64,000 nt of DNA from Bacteroidales bacterium (GTDB lineage Bacteria > Bacteroidota > Bacteroidia > Bacteroidales > UBA932), in assembly GCA_024401925.1 (NCBI GenBank), contig JAKSKD010000005.1, positions 3,709 through 67,708 of the forward strand. The letters run 5' to 3'. Made by a program: the position numbers and the translations under genes. Position 1 is the first letter of the stretch. Every line of letters starts with the position of its first letter. The notes under the pieces were generated by a model. The model had not been told where the DNA came from and ran no database searches. It saw nothing but the letters and a program-made list of their open reading frames with translations. Of the stretch, positions 8,188 through 18,213 are shown piece by piece.

Positions 8188-8967
8188 ATGGCGAACGGAA
8201 TATTGAATAACTGGATTGTAAAGAATTTGCTGAGAGCCCTTGCCTTGGTGATTGGCCTGGCTCTTGTAATTACCGTGGCGCTAAATTTTTTCACCGAGCA
8301 CGGTCAGGAGATAGGTGTCCCGGATCTGACCGATTTGCCGTCGGAGGAAGCTATTTCAATTGCAGAGGAAAATGGTTTACGCGCAGAAATTATAGATTCC
8401 GTATATGTCAGACGTATGGCCAAGGGTGCTGTTTTTAGTCAGAATCCAAAGGCTGGAGCAAAAGTCAAGAAAAACAGAATGGTCCGTCTTACTATCAATA
8501 CGGTTATCCCTAAAAAGGTAACTATGCCCAACCTTATCGGTTATTCGATGCGCCAGGCAAAAGCGGAACTGACGTCCAGAGGTCTGGCTCTGGGTACTCT
8601 CATATATGTCGACGATATGGCTACCAACAATGTGCTTAAGCAGTTGTATCATAATTCCGAAATAAAACCCGGTACTCCGGTGGAAAGCGGATCAAGTATT
8701 GACCTTGTCGTTGGACTAAATAGTGAAGACAGAACTACATACATACCGAATGTTGTCGGTATGAAGTGTGGTCGAGCAGTGGATGCTGTTCATGACAATT
8801 CGCTGAATGTGAAACGTCTTGTGTTTGACGACAGCGTCAAGGACTATGCTGATTCAATCAATGCCGTAGTATATCGGCTTAGCCCCGAATCGGCTGGAAC
8901 TGCCGTTGATATGGGAGCGGACGTTACACTCTACCTGACACTTAGTGATGAAAAACTCCTAAAATAA
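8188..8967 (+). CDS. PASTA domain-containing membrane protein
   Basis: N-terminal TM helix, then three repeats starting VPDL/MPNL/IPNV with SQNP/KQ motifs. Confidence 0.88.
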   Translation: MANGILNNWIVKNLLRALALVIGLALVITVALNFFTEHGQEIGVPDLTDLPSEEAISIAEENGLRAEIIDSVYVRRMAKGAVFSQNPKAGAKVKKNRMVRLTINTVIPKKVTMPNLIGYSMRQAKAELTSRGLALGTLIYVDDMATNNVLKQLYHNSEIKPGTPVESGSSIDLVVGLNSEDRTTYIPNVVGMKCGRAVDAVHDNSLNVKRLVFDDSVKDYADSINAVVYRLSPESAGTAVDMGADVTLYLTLSDEKLLK

Positions 8968-8980
8968 GCCATAGATGTAG

Positions 8981-10033
8981 ATGGAGAAAAAGTTTTGGGA
9001 AGACGAAGAGCTCGAGGAACAGGGTATTTTTGAGCATTTCAGACTCACTGTTGATCCCGGGCAGGCTCCTCTGAGGGTGGACAAATTTATGTCCTCCCAC
9101 CTTGAGGATACTTCCAGACACCGTATCCAGCTTGCAATCAAGGAAGGCTATGTTCTTGTCGGAGAGAAAACTGCAAAGGCCAATCTCATAGTGCGCCCCG
9201 GAGACATCATCCGTTTTGTGATGCCGTACAGGAGACGCGGGCTTGAGATTCTTCCGGAGGATATTCCCCTCGACATTGTCTATGAGGATGATGATTTCCT
9301 TATCGTCAACAAGACTGCGGGGATGGTAGTCCATCCGGGGCACGGACATTTTTCCGGTACGCTGGTCAATGCGCTCGCTTACCATCTTGGCATTTCGCAG
9401 GGGCCGGAGGCTGAAGACGAACGTATGGGTATACTTGTCCATAGAATTGATAAGGATACTTCAGGGCTACTTGTGGTCGCAAAGAATGATGAAGCGCAGC
9501 TTAACCTGGCATCCCAGTTTTATGAGCATTCAATAGACCGCAGATATACTGCGATTGTTTGGGGCAACATTAAGGAAGATGAGGGTACTGTGGATACCAA
9601 CATTATGCGGGACCCGAACGACAGGCTCCGCTACAAGGTGACTGACGATTCGGAAAAAGGAAAGCATGCCGTTACTCACTACAAGGTCTTGGAACGCTTC
9701 GGATATGTGACCTTGGTTGAATGTAGGCTTGAGACAGGAAGGACTCATCAGATCAGGGTGCATATGTCCTCACTGGGACATCCTCTATTCAATGATGAGA
9801 GGTATGGAGGATCGGAAATCAGGAAGGGAACCATATATGCCAAGTACAGGCAGTTTATCCAGAACTGTTTTGATATTTGTCCAAGGCAGGCCTTGCATGC
9901 ACGCACATTGGGCTTTATCCATCCGACCACAAGAAAGTGGGTGCAGTTTGAGTCTTCCATACCGGAGGATATGACGAAATTATTGGAAAAATGGCGTAAT
10001 TATGCGCCGGGACAGAATGAGAATTATGTATAG
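8981..10033 (+). CDS. rluD: RluA/RluD family pseudouridine synthase
   Basis: S4-like N-terminus (RVDKF), VNKTAGMVVHP, catalytic HRIDKDTSG, LETGRTHQIRVH, RQALHA. Confidence 0.93.
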   Translation: MEKKFWEDEELEEQGIFEHFRLTVDPGQAPLRVDKFMSSHLEDTSRHRIQLAIKEGYVLVGEKTAKANLIVRPGDIIRFVMPYRRRGLEILPEDIPLDIVYEDDDFLIVNKTAGMVVHPGHGHFSGTLVNALAYHLGISQGPEAEDERMGILVHRIDKDTSGLLVVAKNDEAQLNLASQFYEHSIDRRYTAIVWGNIKEDEGTVDTNIMRDPNDRLRYKVTDDSEKGKHAVTHYKVLERFGYVTLVECRLETGRTHQIRVHMSSLGHPLFNDERYGGSEIRKGTIYAKYRQFIQNCFDICPRQALHARTLGFIHPTTRKWVQFESSIPEDMTKLLEKWRNYAPGQNENYV

Positions 10034-11969
10034 ACATCTGAATAATGAAGAGATTGATGCCTTGACCCTTCAGGGCTGTATGTCCAAAAACTGGGAAACT
10101 GTTCTGGTAAGTGAGGATTTTGACTGCTCATATGTCAGAAATGTTTGTTTCTCCGGGAATGTCAGACTGGGATCGTTCCGCAGGACTTTCACTATACCTG
10201 GCGGTTCTGTTCGACATTCCGGAGTGTATAATGCGTGCCTCCATAATGTTGAAATCGAGGATGACTGCTTCATATGCAATGTGAACGGCCACATTTCCAA
10301 TTATATAATCAGTAGGAATTGCCTCATTTTCAACGTTGGGGCGATTTATGTCGATGGTCGTTCTTCTTTCGGTAACGGAGTTGAGGTAAGTGTTCTGAAT
10401 GAGCTTGGAGGAAGGGAGATTATGATGTATGACAACTTGTCCGCCCATCAGGCCTGCCTTATGGCGATGTACCGCAACCATCCGCGTATGATTGAAAAGC
10501 TGAGGGGAATGATAGGGTCCTATGTGGAAAACATCTCGTCCGAGATGGGATTTATAGGGGAATGCTCATCGATTATCAACACGACTCTAGTTGATGGTGT
10601 GAAATTCGGTCCATATTCTGTCATAGAAGGAGCGTCACGTTTGAGGAATGGTTCAGTTAACAGCACAAGGGAAGCACCTGTTTACATCGGTACCGGGGTT
10701 GTTGCTGACGATTTCATCATATGCAGCGGGAGTAAACTCAGGATAAATGCTGCTGTCGAACGTTGCTTCGTAGGCCAGGCCTGTGAACTCACAGAGACAT
10801 ATTTTGCCTCCGACTCTGTTTTCTTTGCAAATTGCTTTGGCGGAAATGGTGAGGCTTGCGCCATATTTGCCGGACCGTTCACTGTCACCCACCACAAGTC
10901 TACACTTCTGATAGCCGGAATGTTCTCCTTTATGAATGCAGGTTCCGGGTCTAACCAGAGCAACCACCTCTACAAACTGGGCCCTATGCACTGCGGAGTA
11001 CTTGAACGCGGCTCCAAGACTACATCGGATTCATACATATTGTGGCCTGCCAGGACCGGTGCGTTCACACTCGTTATGGGAAGGCACGTCCAGCACCTTG
11101 ACTCATCTCCCTTCCCGTTCTCTTATTTGATTGAGAGACAGGGAATTTCCTTCATATTCCCGGGAGCTAACCTGAAAAGTGTCGGGACGATAAGGGATGT
11201 CAAGAAATGGCCGAAGAGAGACAAAAGGGTGGGAAAGAAATTGGATTTCATCAATTTCAATTTGCTGAGCCCATATACCATGGCCGAAGCCTTTTCGGGC
11301 CTTGGTATCTTGAAAGCCCTGAAGGCTGCAAATCCTGAGGCTGAGATTTACACATACAAGAATGCTTGTATAAAGTCTTCATCATTGCAGAAAGGAATCA
11401 GACTTTATGAGATGATGGCCGACAAGTTTCTTGGTAATTCCCTTATTTCCCGTATACAGAAATCAGGAGCCGACAGTCTTGCATCCCTGCATTCCGCCCT
11501 CAGACCGGACATTGAAGCCGGGTGCGGGGCTTGGGAAGATCTCTCCGGCCTCCTCGCTCCTGCTTCAGAAGTCGAAAAATTAATCCTCGATATTGAGACC
11601 GGTGTATTGACTACAGTGGAGGAAGTCAGCGCAAGATTTGAGGCTATGCATGCAGACTATTATTCTTACGAGTGGACTTGGGCATATTCAGCAATTAGGG
11701 ATTATTACGGAGTGGACCTTTCCGATGCAGGAATCGAAGCGCTAAAAGGCATTATTACAAAATGGAAAAAGTCAGTACTTTCTTTGGATGAAATGCTCTA
11801 TGCAGATGCAGAGAAAGAACTTGGTCTTGCCGGCTCTATCGGACATTCTGCCCCGGATTCGGATTCCAGGATGGCTGACGACCCTTTCGTGAATACCGTC
11901 AGAGAGCATATTGCCGCAAAGACGGCACTGTACAATGAAGTAATAGATTTTCTTGATAAAATTAACTGA
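10026..11969 (+). CDS. DUF4954 family protein (beta-helix-like)
   Basis: YRHLNNEEI..L..QGC, FGNGVEVSVLNE.GGREI, FAGPFTVTHHKSTLLIAG, NAGSGSNQSNH. ATG 10026 overlaps the rluD stop. Confidence 0.8.
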   Translation: MYRHLNNEEIDALTLQGCMSKNWETVLVSEDFDCSYVRNVCFSGNVRLGSFRRTFTIPGGSVRHSGVYNACLHNVEIEDDCFICNVNGHISNYIISRNCLIFNVGAIYVDGRSSFGNGVEVSVLNELGGREIMMYDNLSAHQACLMAMYRNHPRMIEKLRGMIGSYVENISSEMGFIGECSSIINTTLVDGVKFGPYSVIEGASRLRNGSVNSTREAPVYIGTGVVADDFIICSGSKLRINAAVERCFVGQACELTETYFASDSVFFANCFGGNGEACAIFAGPFTVTHHKSTLLIAGMFSFMNAGSGSNQSNHLYKLGPMHCGVLERGSKTTSDSYILWPARTGAFTLVMGRHVQHLDSSPFPFSYLIERQGISFIFPGANLKSVGTIRDVKKWPKRDKRVGKKLDFINFNLLSPYTMAEAFSGLGILKALKAANPEAEIYTYKNACIKSSSLQKGIRLYEMMADKFLGNSLISRIQKSGADSLASLHSALRPDIEAGCGAWEDLSGLLAPASEVEKLILDIETGVLTTVEEVSARFEAMHADYYSYEWTWAYSAIRDYYGVDLSDAGIEALKGIITKWKKSVLSLDEMLYADAEKELGLAGSIGHSAPDSDSRMADDPFVNTVREHIAAKTALYNEVIDFLDKIN

Positions 11970-11979
11970 TCAACATACG

Positions 11980-13569
11980 ATGTTATTCTTTATTCTTGCA
12001 CTGCTGTTCGCGATTTTTATGAGCCTGCCGTTCCTGGTTCCGCATCTGGGATTTATGGCGCTGTTCGGTTTTATTCCCCTGCTTCTGATGGATACCATAG
12101 CCGAACTGCGACGCAAGAAATGTATCTTTGTGTGGTATTTTATCGCTTTTCTGATGTGGAATGCCGCCACGACTTTCTGGGTGTGCAATGCTACGATCGG
12201 TGGGGGAATAGCCGCTATTGTACTTAATTCATTGCAGATGGCGGCCATATTCGGAGTCTTCAGGTTGAGCAGGAAGAGATTCGGCAATCTACTCTCCTAT
12301 GTTTTCCTTGCCCTTATGTGGATAGCTTGGGAAAGATTCTATTATTTCTCGGATATTTCCTGGCCTTGGCTCACATTGGGCAACGCTTTTGCCCGCAGTG
12401 TACAGGATGTTCAGTGGTATGAATATACCGGTGTGCTTGGAGGCTCGCTATGGATATGGATGTCTAACATTTCGATTTTCTACTTCATTATGTTCCTTCT
12501 CGGGGACTCCCTCAAGGAAATGAAGGCTTCTATCAAGATCGGTCTGTTCCTGTTGTGCGTGGTAGTGGTTGGCTCTCCGATAATTTTGTCAAGGGTAATT
12601 TATACCGGATATGAAGAAGTATCGGAGGGAAAGGTGAATGTCCTGCTCGGCCAGCCGAATATAGACCCATATCAGAAATTCCATTCAATGTCGCAGACGG
12701 AACAGTCTGATTTGCTGCTGAATCAGTTCAAGACTGAACTTGGTGATTCAAGTGACAGAAAAATTCTGCTCGTGGCGCCAGAAACTTTCACAAATGATAT
12801 TGTCGTCAATGATATTGCGGGGAGTACTTCTTTCGGACATTTCCAGAAGTTCCTCTCTTCATACCCGAATGCGGATTTCCTCTTTGGGGCCAGCTCATAC
12901 GAATATGTTTCGTCTGTTGAGGCACCGTCACTCACTGCCAGAAATATACGTAAAGGCCTTTGGGTCGAGACGCATAATTCAGCTCTGATGACAGATTATA
13001 CCGGACGTCATGAGATTTTTCATAAGTCCAAACTTGTGGTCGGCACAGAACTGACTCCTTATCCAAGGGTTTTCAACAAGCTTGATGAGCTGCTCGGTGG
13101 CGTCATGGCGCATTGCTCCGGACAGGATGAAATCTCGCTTCTTCACCTTCAGGACGGTACCCCTATCGGATGTGCAGTATGCTATGAATCCGTCTTCGGG
13201 GAATATTGTACGGGGTATGTAAAGAAGGGAGCCAGAGCTCTGGCCGTCATTACCAATGATGCTTGGTGGGGAAATACTCCGGGATTTCTTCAGCATCTTT
13301 CTTATTCTTCCCTGCGTGCCATCGAGACTAGGAGAGACATTGCACGCTGTGCAAATACCGGGATTTCAGCCTTTATTAACCAGAGGGGTGATATCGTGGA
13401 CAAGACAAACTGGTGGATGCGTGAAACTTTGGAAGGAAGCATCAATCTTTCGTCCCGTGAGACCTTCTTTGTGAAATATGGTGATATTGCCGGTCTCGTG
13501 TCCACGGCCCTGTTTCTTATGCTTCTTCTGATACTTATCATCAAAGCATTCATTCCGGTAAAGAAATAA
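11980..13569 (+). CDS. lnt: Apolipoprotein N-acyltransferase
   Basis: Multi-TM N-terminus, WPWLTLGN, QPNID, nitrilase triad motifs APET, HKSKLV, VCYES, plus TNDAWW and RCANTGIS. Confidence 0.95.
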   Translation: MLFFILALLFAIFMSLPFLVPHLGFMALFGFIPLLLMDTIAELRRKKCIFVWYFIAFLMWNAATTFWVCNATIGGGIAAIVLNSLQMAAIFGVFRLSRKRFGNLLSYVFLALMWIAWERFYYFSDISWPWLTLGNAFARSVQDVQWYEYTGVLGGSLWIWMSNISIFYFIMFLLGDSLKEMKASIKIGLFLLCVVVVGSPIILSRVIYTGYEEVSEGKVNVLLGQPNIDPYQKFHSMSQTEQSDLLLNQFKTELGDSSDRKILLVAPETFTNDIVVNDIAGSTSFGHFQKFLSSYPNADFLFGASSYEYVSSVEAPSLTARNIRKGLWVETHNSALMTDYTGRHEIFHKSKLVVGTELTPYPRVFNKLDELLGGVMAHCSGQDEISLLHLQDGTPIGCAVCYESVFGEYCTGYVKKGARALAVITNDAWWGNTPGFLQHLSYSSLRAIETRRDIARCANTGISAFINQRGDIVDKTNWWMRETLEGSINLSSRETFFVKYGDIAGLVSTALFLMLLLILIIKAFIPVKK

Positions 13570-13608
13570 AAAAAGAGAAGCTCTAGTTTTCGAGCTTCTC
13601 TTTTTTTT
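13568..13608. terminator. Bidirectional terminator between lnt and rng, overlapping the rng stop
   Basis: A7-GAGAAGCTC-TAGTTTTC-GAGCTTCTC-T8. The rng stop codon lies at the stem/loop junction. Confidence 0.85.
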
Positions 13609-15148
13609 CATTGTAGAATTCATATTGCAGGACCGAAAATGAAGTTTCCTCAATGAGGTCTATCTTGCAATTGTATTTCTTTTTCCACTGTTTTTGGAAG
13701 GAGTGCCATCCGCGTGAAAGGTATGCTCCAAGGATAGGACTGACTTTCAGTGTCAGCCTTCTGCATCCCATGTCCTTGGTGAAGTAGGACAGGTGACTCT
13801 CTATCTCCTGGTCTATCGCCGCGCTGGATGAAATCTTGCCGCTTCCGTGACACACCGGGCAGGTTTCCTGAGTGTCAATTTTTGTGACAGGCCTGATTCT
13901 CTGTCTTGTCAGTTGCATGAGGCCGAACTTTGTAAGAGGGAGAACGTTGTGCTTGGCTCTGTCAGCCGCCATAAGCTCCTGCATATATTTGTAGAGCTCA
14001 TTGCGGTGCTCCGGACTGTCCATATCAATGAAATCGACAATCACAATGCCACCCATATCCCTCAGCCTAAGCTGCCTTGCTATTTCTTCGGCGGCCAGAC
14101 GATTGACTTCATAAGTGTTCTCTTCCTGGTCTGAGGTTTTTGCTCTGATGCCGCTGTTGACGTCAATGACATTCAATGCTTCCGTGGTTTCGATAACGAG
14201 ATAAGCACCCTGCTTGATGGGGACCACCTTCCCGAAAGCGCTCTTGATCTGGCGGGTGACCTCGAAGTGGTCGAAGATATCTTCTTTCCCGTCGTAGAGC
14301 TTGACAATTTTCTCCTGATCAGGCGAGATCAAGGAGATATACTTCTTTGTCTCCTCGTAAATCTTTTCGTCGTTCACATAAACGTTGGAGAACGATTCGT
14401 TCAAGAGATCCCTGAGGATTACGGTGGTTTTGGAGTACTCTGTGAAGAGCAGCTCAATGCCTTTGTTGAATGCAATTTTTCGCCAGGAAGTTTCCCATTT
14501 CTCAATAAGGGATTTCAATTCTCCGACCAGTACTGAGGCTTTCTTGCCTTCTGCTGCCGTCCGGATGATTGCTCCGTAATTTTTAGGGAGAATGCTGGTC
14601 ACCAGGTTTTCAAGTCTTCTTTTTTCTTCTTTCGACTCGATTTTCTGGGATACACTTACTTTTTGGGCAAATGGAAGTAATACAATGTTTCGTCCTGCCA
14701 ATGAAATCTCTGCTGTCAGCCTTGAGCCTTTTGTGGAAATCGGCTCTTTGACAATCTGGGATATGATCATTTGTCCAGGTTGGAGCACGTCGGCTATTTT
14801 TCCGTCTTTGGGAAGAGGCTTCCCGAGTTCGATGTTCTCAAACAGGTCTTTCAGGTTTGAATTTCTGTTGGAACGTCTGACGAACTGGTCGAACGGGTGG
14901 AAGTATAGTCCGAGGTCCAGATAGTGGATAAATGCCTCCTTCTTGTCACCGATGTCCACGAATGCCGCGTTGAGAGCCGGAAGGATTTTTTTGACCCTTC
15001 CTAAAAATACATCTCCCACCGAGAAATTCTGGCCCTGACTGGATTCTTTGCTGAACTCGATCAATCTGCCTTCTTGAAGAAGTGCAATCTGAACTTCAGC
15101 GGGACGTACGTCCACAATCAAATCTTTTACAGAATTTTCGGATTCCAT
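13583..15148 (-). CDS. rng: Ribonuclease E/G family (RNase G-length)
   Basis: S1 domain (AAFVDIG), KEPISTKG, IIRTAA, IDVNSG, RLRDMGGIVIVDFIDM, CPVCHGSG Zn-link. Confidence 0.95.
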   Translation of the reverse strand: MESENSVKDLIVDVRPAEVQIALLQEGRLIEFSKESSQGQNFSVGDVFLGRVKKILPALNAAFVDIGDKKEAFIHYLDLGLYFHPFDQFVRRSNRNSNLKDLFENIELGKPLPKDGKIADVLQPGQMIISQIVKEPISTKGSRLTAEISLAGRNIVLLPFAQKVSVSQKIESKEEKRRLENLVTSILPKNYGAIIRTAAEGKKASVLVGELKSLIEKWETSWRKIAFNKGIELLFTEYSKTTVILRDLLNESFSNVYVNDEKIYEETKKYISLISPDQEKIVKLYDGKEDIFDHFEVTRQIKSAFGKVVPIKQGAYLVIETTEALNVIDVNSGIRAKTSDQEENTYEVNRLAAEEIARQLRLRDMGGIVIVDFIDMDSPEHRNELYKYMQELMAADRAKHNVLPLTKFGLMQLTRQRIRPVTKIDTQETCPVCHGSGKISSSAAIDQEIESHLSYFTKDMGCRRLTLKVSPILGAYLSRGWHSFQKQWKKKYNCKIDLIEETSFSVLQYEFYNEKKEKLEN

Positions 15149-15182
15149 AAGTAAGGATAGTTATGTTAAAGAACGTAATGAT

Positions 15183-15219
15183 AAAAAAAGAGGTCGGCCA
15201 GATATCCTGTCCCAACCTC
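15183..15219 (-). terminator. Terminator-like hairpin between bS22 and rng
   Basis: Minus strand GAGGTTGG-GACAGGATATCTGG-CCGACCTC followed by T7. Confidence 0.7.
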
Positions 15220-15229
15220 AATCGACTGA

Positions 15230-15319
15230 TTATTTCTTCTTGTGTCTGTTCTTGCGCAAACGCTTTTTACGTTTGTGCGTTGACATCTTATGTCTTTTTC
15301 TTTTTTTACCGCTTGGCAT
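15230..15319 (-). CDS. 30S ribosomal protein bS22 (mS38/AURKAIP1/COX24-like), 29 aa, below the ORF-track cutoff
   Basis: Hand translation: MPSGKKRKRHKMSTHKRKKRLRKNRHKKK*. ATG at 15319, TAA at 15232-15230. Confidence 0.92.
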   Translation of the reverse strand: MPSGKKRKRHKMSTHKRKKRLRKNRHKKK

Positions 15320-15337
15320 AATATGATAAGTTTAAAA

Positions 15338-15616
15338 TTATTTTTCCTTTACCTCAGCGACAAATGCCTTTGAAGGTTTGAATGCCGGAATATCGTGCTC
15401 CGGGATAGTCATTGTGGTCTTCTTAGTGATATTGCGTGCTGCTTTTTCAGCTCTATGCTTGATGATGAAGCTTCCAAATCCGCGAAGATAAACAGGGTTG
15501 CCCTTAATCAAAGAGCCTTTGACGCTCTCCATAAATGATTCCACAACGGTCTGAACTGTGACCTTCTCGATACCTGTAGCTTTTGCCACCTCGTTAACAA
15601 TCTCTGCTTTTGTCAT
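15338..15616 (-). CDS. HU/IHF family DNA-binding protein
   Basis: MTKAEIV, VYLRGFGSF, RAEKAARNI, PAFKPSKAF. -7 box TACTTTTG at 15662-15655. Confidence 0.95.
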   Translation of the reverse strand: MTKAEIVNEVAKATGIEKVTVQTVVESFMESVKGSLIKGNPVYLRGFGSFIIKHRAEKAARNITKKTTMTIPEHDIPAFKPSKAFVAEVKEK

Positions 15617-15702
15617 AGTATAATTCTTTTAAGTTGTTTTCCTATATTGGGTTACAAAAGTAGGTTTATTTTTTTAATAATCAAAACATAGCCGATAAAA
15701 AA

Positions 15703-15718
15703 TTGGCACAATGATTGA
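15703..15718 (+). promoter_or_regulatory. sigma54-like -24/-12 element upstream of lon
   Basis: TTGGCACAATGATTGA = TGGCAC-N5-TTGA, i.e. GG-N10-GA against the GG-N10-GC consensus. Confidence 0.4.
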
Positions 15719-15752
15719 CTATATTAGCAGTCTGGAATAATCCACATAAGTA

Positions 15753-15769
15753 TCTGCCAAATTGGCAGA
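15753..15769. promoter_or_regulatory. Perfect 8-1-8 palindrome upstream of lon (candidate operator)
   Basis: TCTGCCAA-A-TTGGCAGA, 35 nt before the lon ATG. Confidence 0.55.
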
Positions 15770-15804
15770 CTGTCAAGGATTGCCTAAATGATAATACAGA
15801 ACAT

Positions 15805-18213
15805 ATGAGTACTAAATATCAAGAAAAACATTCGTTGTTTCCTGTTGGTACAGAGGTGAATATCATCCCGGTGATGCAGGGCGATAGTCCTATCAAAGTG
15901 GATGAATCGGAACTTCCTGACATCCTCCCTATCCTGGCATTGAGGAATGCTGTCATTTTTCCGGGAGCGATTTTTCCTATTACGATTGGAAGAGAAAAGT
16001 CAATCCGGCTTATCAAAGAGGCAGAGCAAAATAATTATTGTATAGGAGCAGTTCCACAGAAGGATCTCACAATAGAAGACCCTAAAGAGCAGGATCTCTT
16101 TAACTATGGGACGGTCGTAAAAATAGTCAAGACTCTCGAGATGCCAGACGGTACTATCACGGCCATACTTCAGGCATTCAAGAGGATATCCCTTGATGCG
16201 GTTCTCCGTTATGACCCGTACATCACGGCGAGGGTGCACTATCTTGATGATATGATGATAAGTGATGGCAGTATGGATATCAAGTTGATAGCCGACTCTT
16301 TGAAGGAGAAAGCCGGGCAGATCATCCGCTCCACCAACATCGCTTCAAAAGAGGCCATTTCTGCGCTCCGCTCCATAGAAGATTTCAAATTCCTCGTCAA
16401 TTTCATCGCCACTACTATCGAGGTGGAGAACTTCACTGACAAGATTAACCTGCTTCAGTATGATGATATCAAGATGAGGGCAATGAAACTTCTCACCGTG
16501 ATGGACATCCAGCTGCAGTTTATGAAACTTAAGCAGGAAATTAACCAGAAAGTGCGGGGAGAGATTGACCAGCAGCAGAGAGAGTACTTCCTCAACAATC
16601 AGTTGAAAACCATTCAGGAAGAGCTTGGAATAGATGATTCCGAAGAATTTGACTCCTTCAGGAAGAAGGCTGCTGAGAAAAAGTGGCCTGAATCCGTCAA
16701 TGCGGCATTTGACAAGGAAATCGCCAAATTGGAGAAATATAATCCGTCATCTCCTGATTATTCGGTTCAGTACAACTATATCCAGTTTATGCTGGATTTG
16801 CCTTGGGGCGAAATGTCAGAGGACAATCTCGACCTTAAGCATGCCCAGAAAGTACTGGACGATGACCATTTCGGACTTGACACTGTCAAGGACAGAATCA
16901 TCGAGTATCTTGCCGTGTTGAAGTTGAAAGGAAATATGAAATCTCCTATCCTTTGTCTCTACGGACCTCCGGGTGTTGGAAAGACTTCCCTCGGCAAGTC
17001 CATTGCAAAGGCACTGGGAAGGGAATATGTACGTATTTCCCTGGGTGGTATGCACGATGAAGCGGAGATTCGCGGTCATAGAAAAACATATGTCGGCGCA
17101 TTGCCTGGACGTATCCTGAACGGTCTTGCAAGAGCCGGGAAGTCAAATCCTGTCATTGTCCTTGATGAGATTGACAAATTGAGCTCCGACTTTAAGGGCG
17201 ACCCTTCTTCGGCATTGTTGGAAGCTCTTGACCCTGAGCAGAATACCACTTTCCACGACAATTATTTGGACTTGGACTACGACTTGTCGAATGTCCTTTT
17301 CATTACTACTGCCAATACAACATCAACCATCCAGCCGGCCCTGCTTGACCGTATGGAGGTGATAAATGTCAGCGGATATCTTGCGGAGGAGAAGGCGCAG
17401 ATTGCACGGAATTTCCTCGTGCCGAAACAGTTGCAGGAACACGGAATTGATAGGAAAGCATTGAAAATTGATGCAACGGCACTCAAGGCCATCATCGACC
17501 AGTACACCCACGAAAGTGGAGTGCGCGGGCTCGAGAAACAGATTGCCAAGCTTGCCAGAGTGACAGCCAAGAAGATTGCCCTCGAGGAGGAGTATCCGTC
17601 AGTCATCAAGAAGGAACATCTCAAGGAATATCTCGGACTGCCGACAAATTTCCACGATATACAGAAAGGGAATGAGGCTCCTGGCGTAGTCACGGGTCTT
17701 GCCTGGACTTCAATGGGCGGCGAGATCCTCTTTGTGGAAAGTTCTGTTTCCGGAGGAAAGGGAATTATGACTATGACGGGAAATCTTGGTGACGTGATGA
17801 AAGAGTCCGCAACCATTGCCTACCAGTATATCAAGGCACATCCTGAGCTTGCCGGAATGACAGCAGAAGAATTTGCGGCAAAGGACCTTCACGTTCACGT
17901 TCCGGAGGGAGCAACTCCTAAAGACGGTCCGTCTGCCGGTATCACTATGGTTTCATCAATGGTATCCGCCCTGAGGGGACAGTCGGTCAGGAAGCACATC
18001 GCCATGACTGGAGAGATGACCCTCCGCGGACGTGTCCTTCCTGTCGGAGGCATCAAGGAGAAAATTCTTGCCGCAAAACGTGCCGGAGTGAATACAATCG
18101 TGATTTCCGAGGATAACAGGAAAGATATAGAAGATATCAAAGAAATCTACATAAAGGGACTCGAGTTCCATTATGTGAAGACAATTGATGATGTACTGAA
18201 ATTCATATTTTAG
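15805..18213 (+). CDS. lon: ATP-dependent Lon protease
   Basis: LPILALRNAVIFPG, GPPGVGKTS, LDEIDK, catalytic PKDGPSAG and GGIKEK. Start at ATG 15805. Confidence 0.98.
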   Translation: MSTKYQEKHSLFPVGTEVNIIPVMQGDSPIKVDESELPDILPILALRNAVIFPGAIFPITIGREKSIRLIKEAEQNNYCIGAVPQKDLTIEDPKEQDLFNYGTVVKIVKTLEMPDGTITAILQAFKRISLDAVLRYDPYITARVHYLDDMMISDGSMDIKLIADSLKEKAGQIIRSTNIASKEAISALRSIEDFKFLVNFIATTIEVENFTDKINLLQYDDIKMRAMKLLTVMDIQLQFMKLKQEINQKVRGEIDQQQREYFLNNQLKTIQEELGIDDSEEFDSFRKKAAEKKWPESVNAAFDKEIAKLEKYNPSSPDYSVQYNYIQFMLDLPWGEMSEDNLDLKHAQKVLDDDHFGLDTVKDRIIEYLAVLKLKGNMKSPILCLYGPPGVGKTSLGKSIAKALGREYVRISLGGMHDEAEIRGHRKTYVGALPGRILNGLARAGKSNPVIVLDEIDKLSSDFKGDPSSALLEALDPEQNTTFHDNYLDLDYDLSNVLFITTANTTSTIQPALLDRMEVINVSGYLAEEKAQIARNFLVPKQLQEHGIDRKALKIDATALKAIIDQYTHESGVRGLEKQIAKLARVTAKKIALEEEYPSVIKKEHLKEYLGLPTNFHDIQKGNEAPGVVTGLAWTSMGGEILFVESSVSGGKGIMTMTGNLGDVMKESATIAYQYIKAHPELAGMTAEEFAAKDLHVHVPEGATPKDGPSAGITMVSSMVSALRGQSVRKHIAMTGEMTLRGRVLPVGGIKEKILAAKRAGVNTIVISEDNRKDIEDIKEIYIKGLEFHYVKTIDDVLKFIF

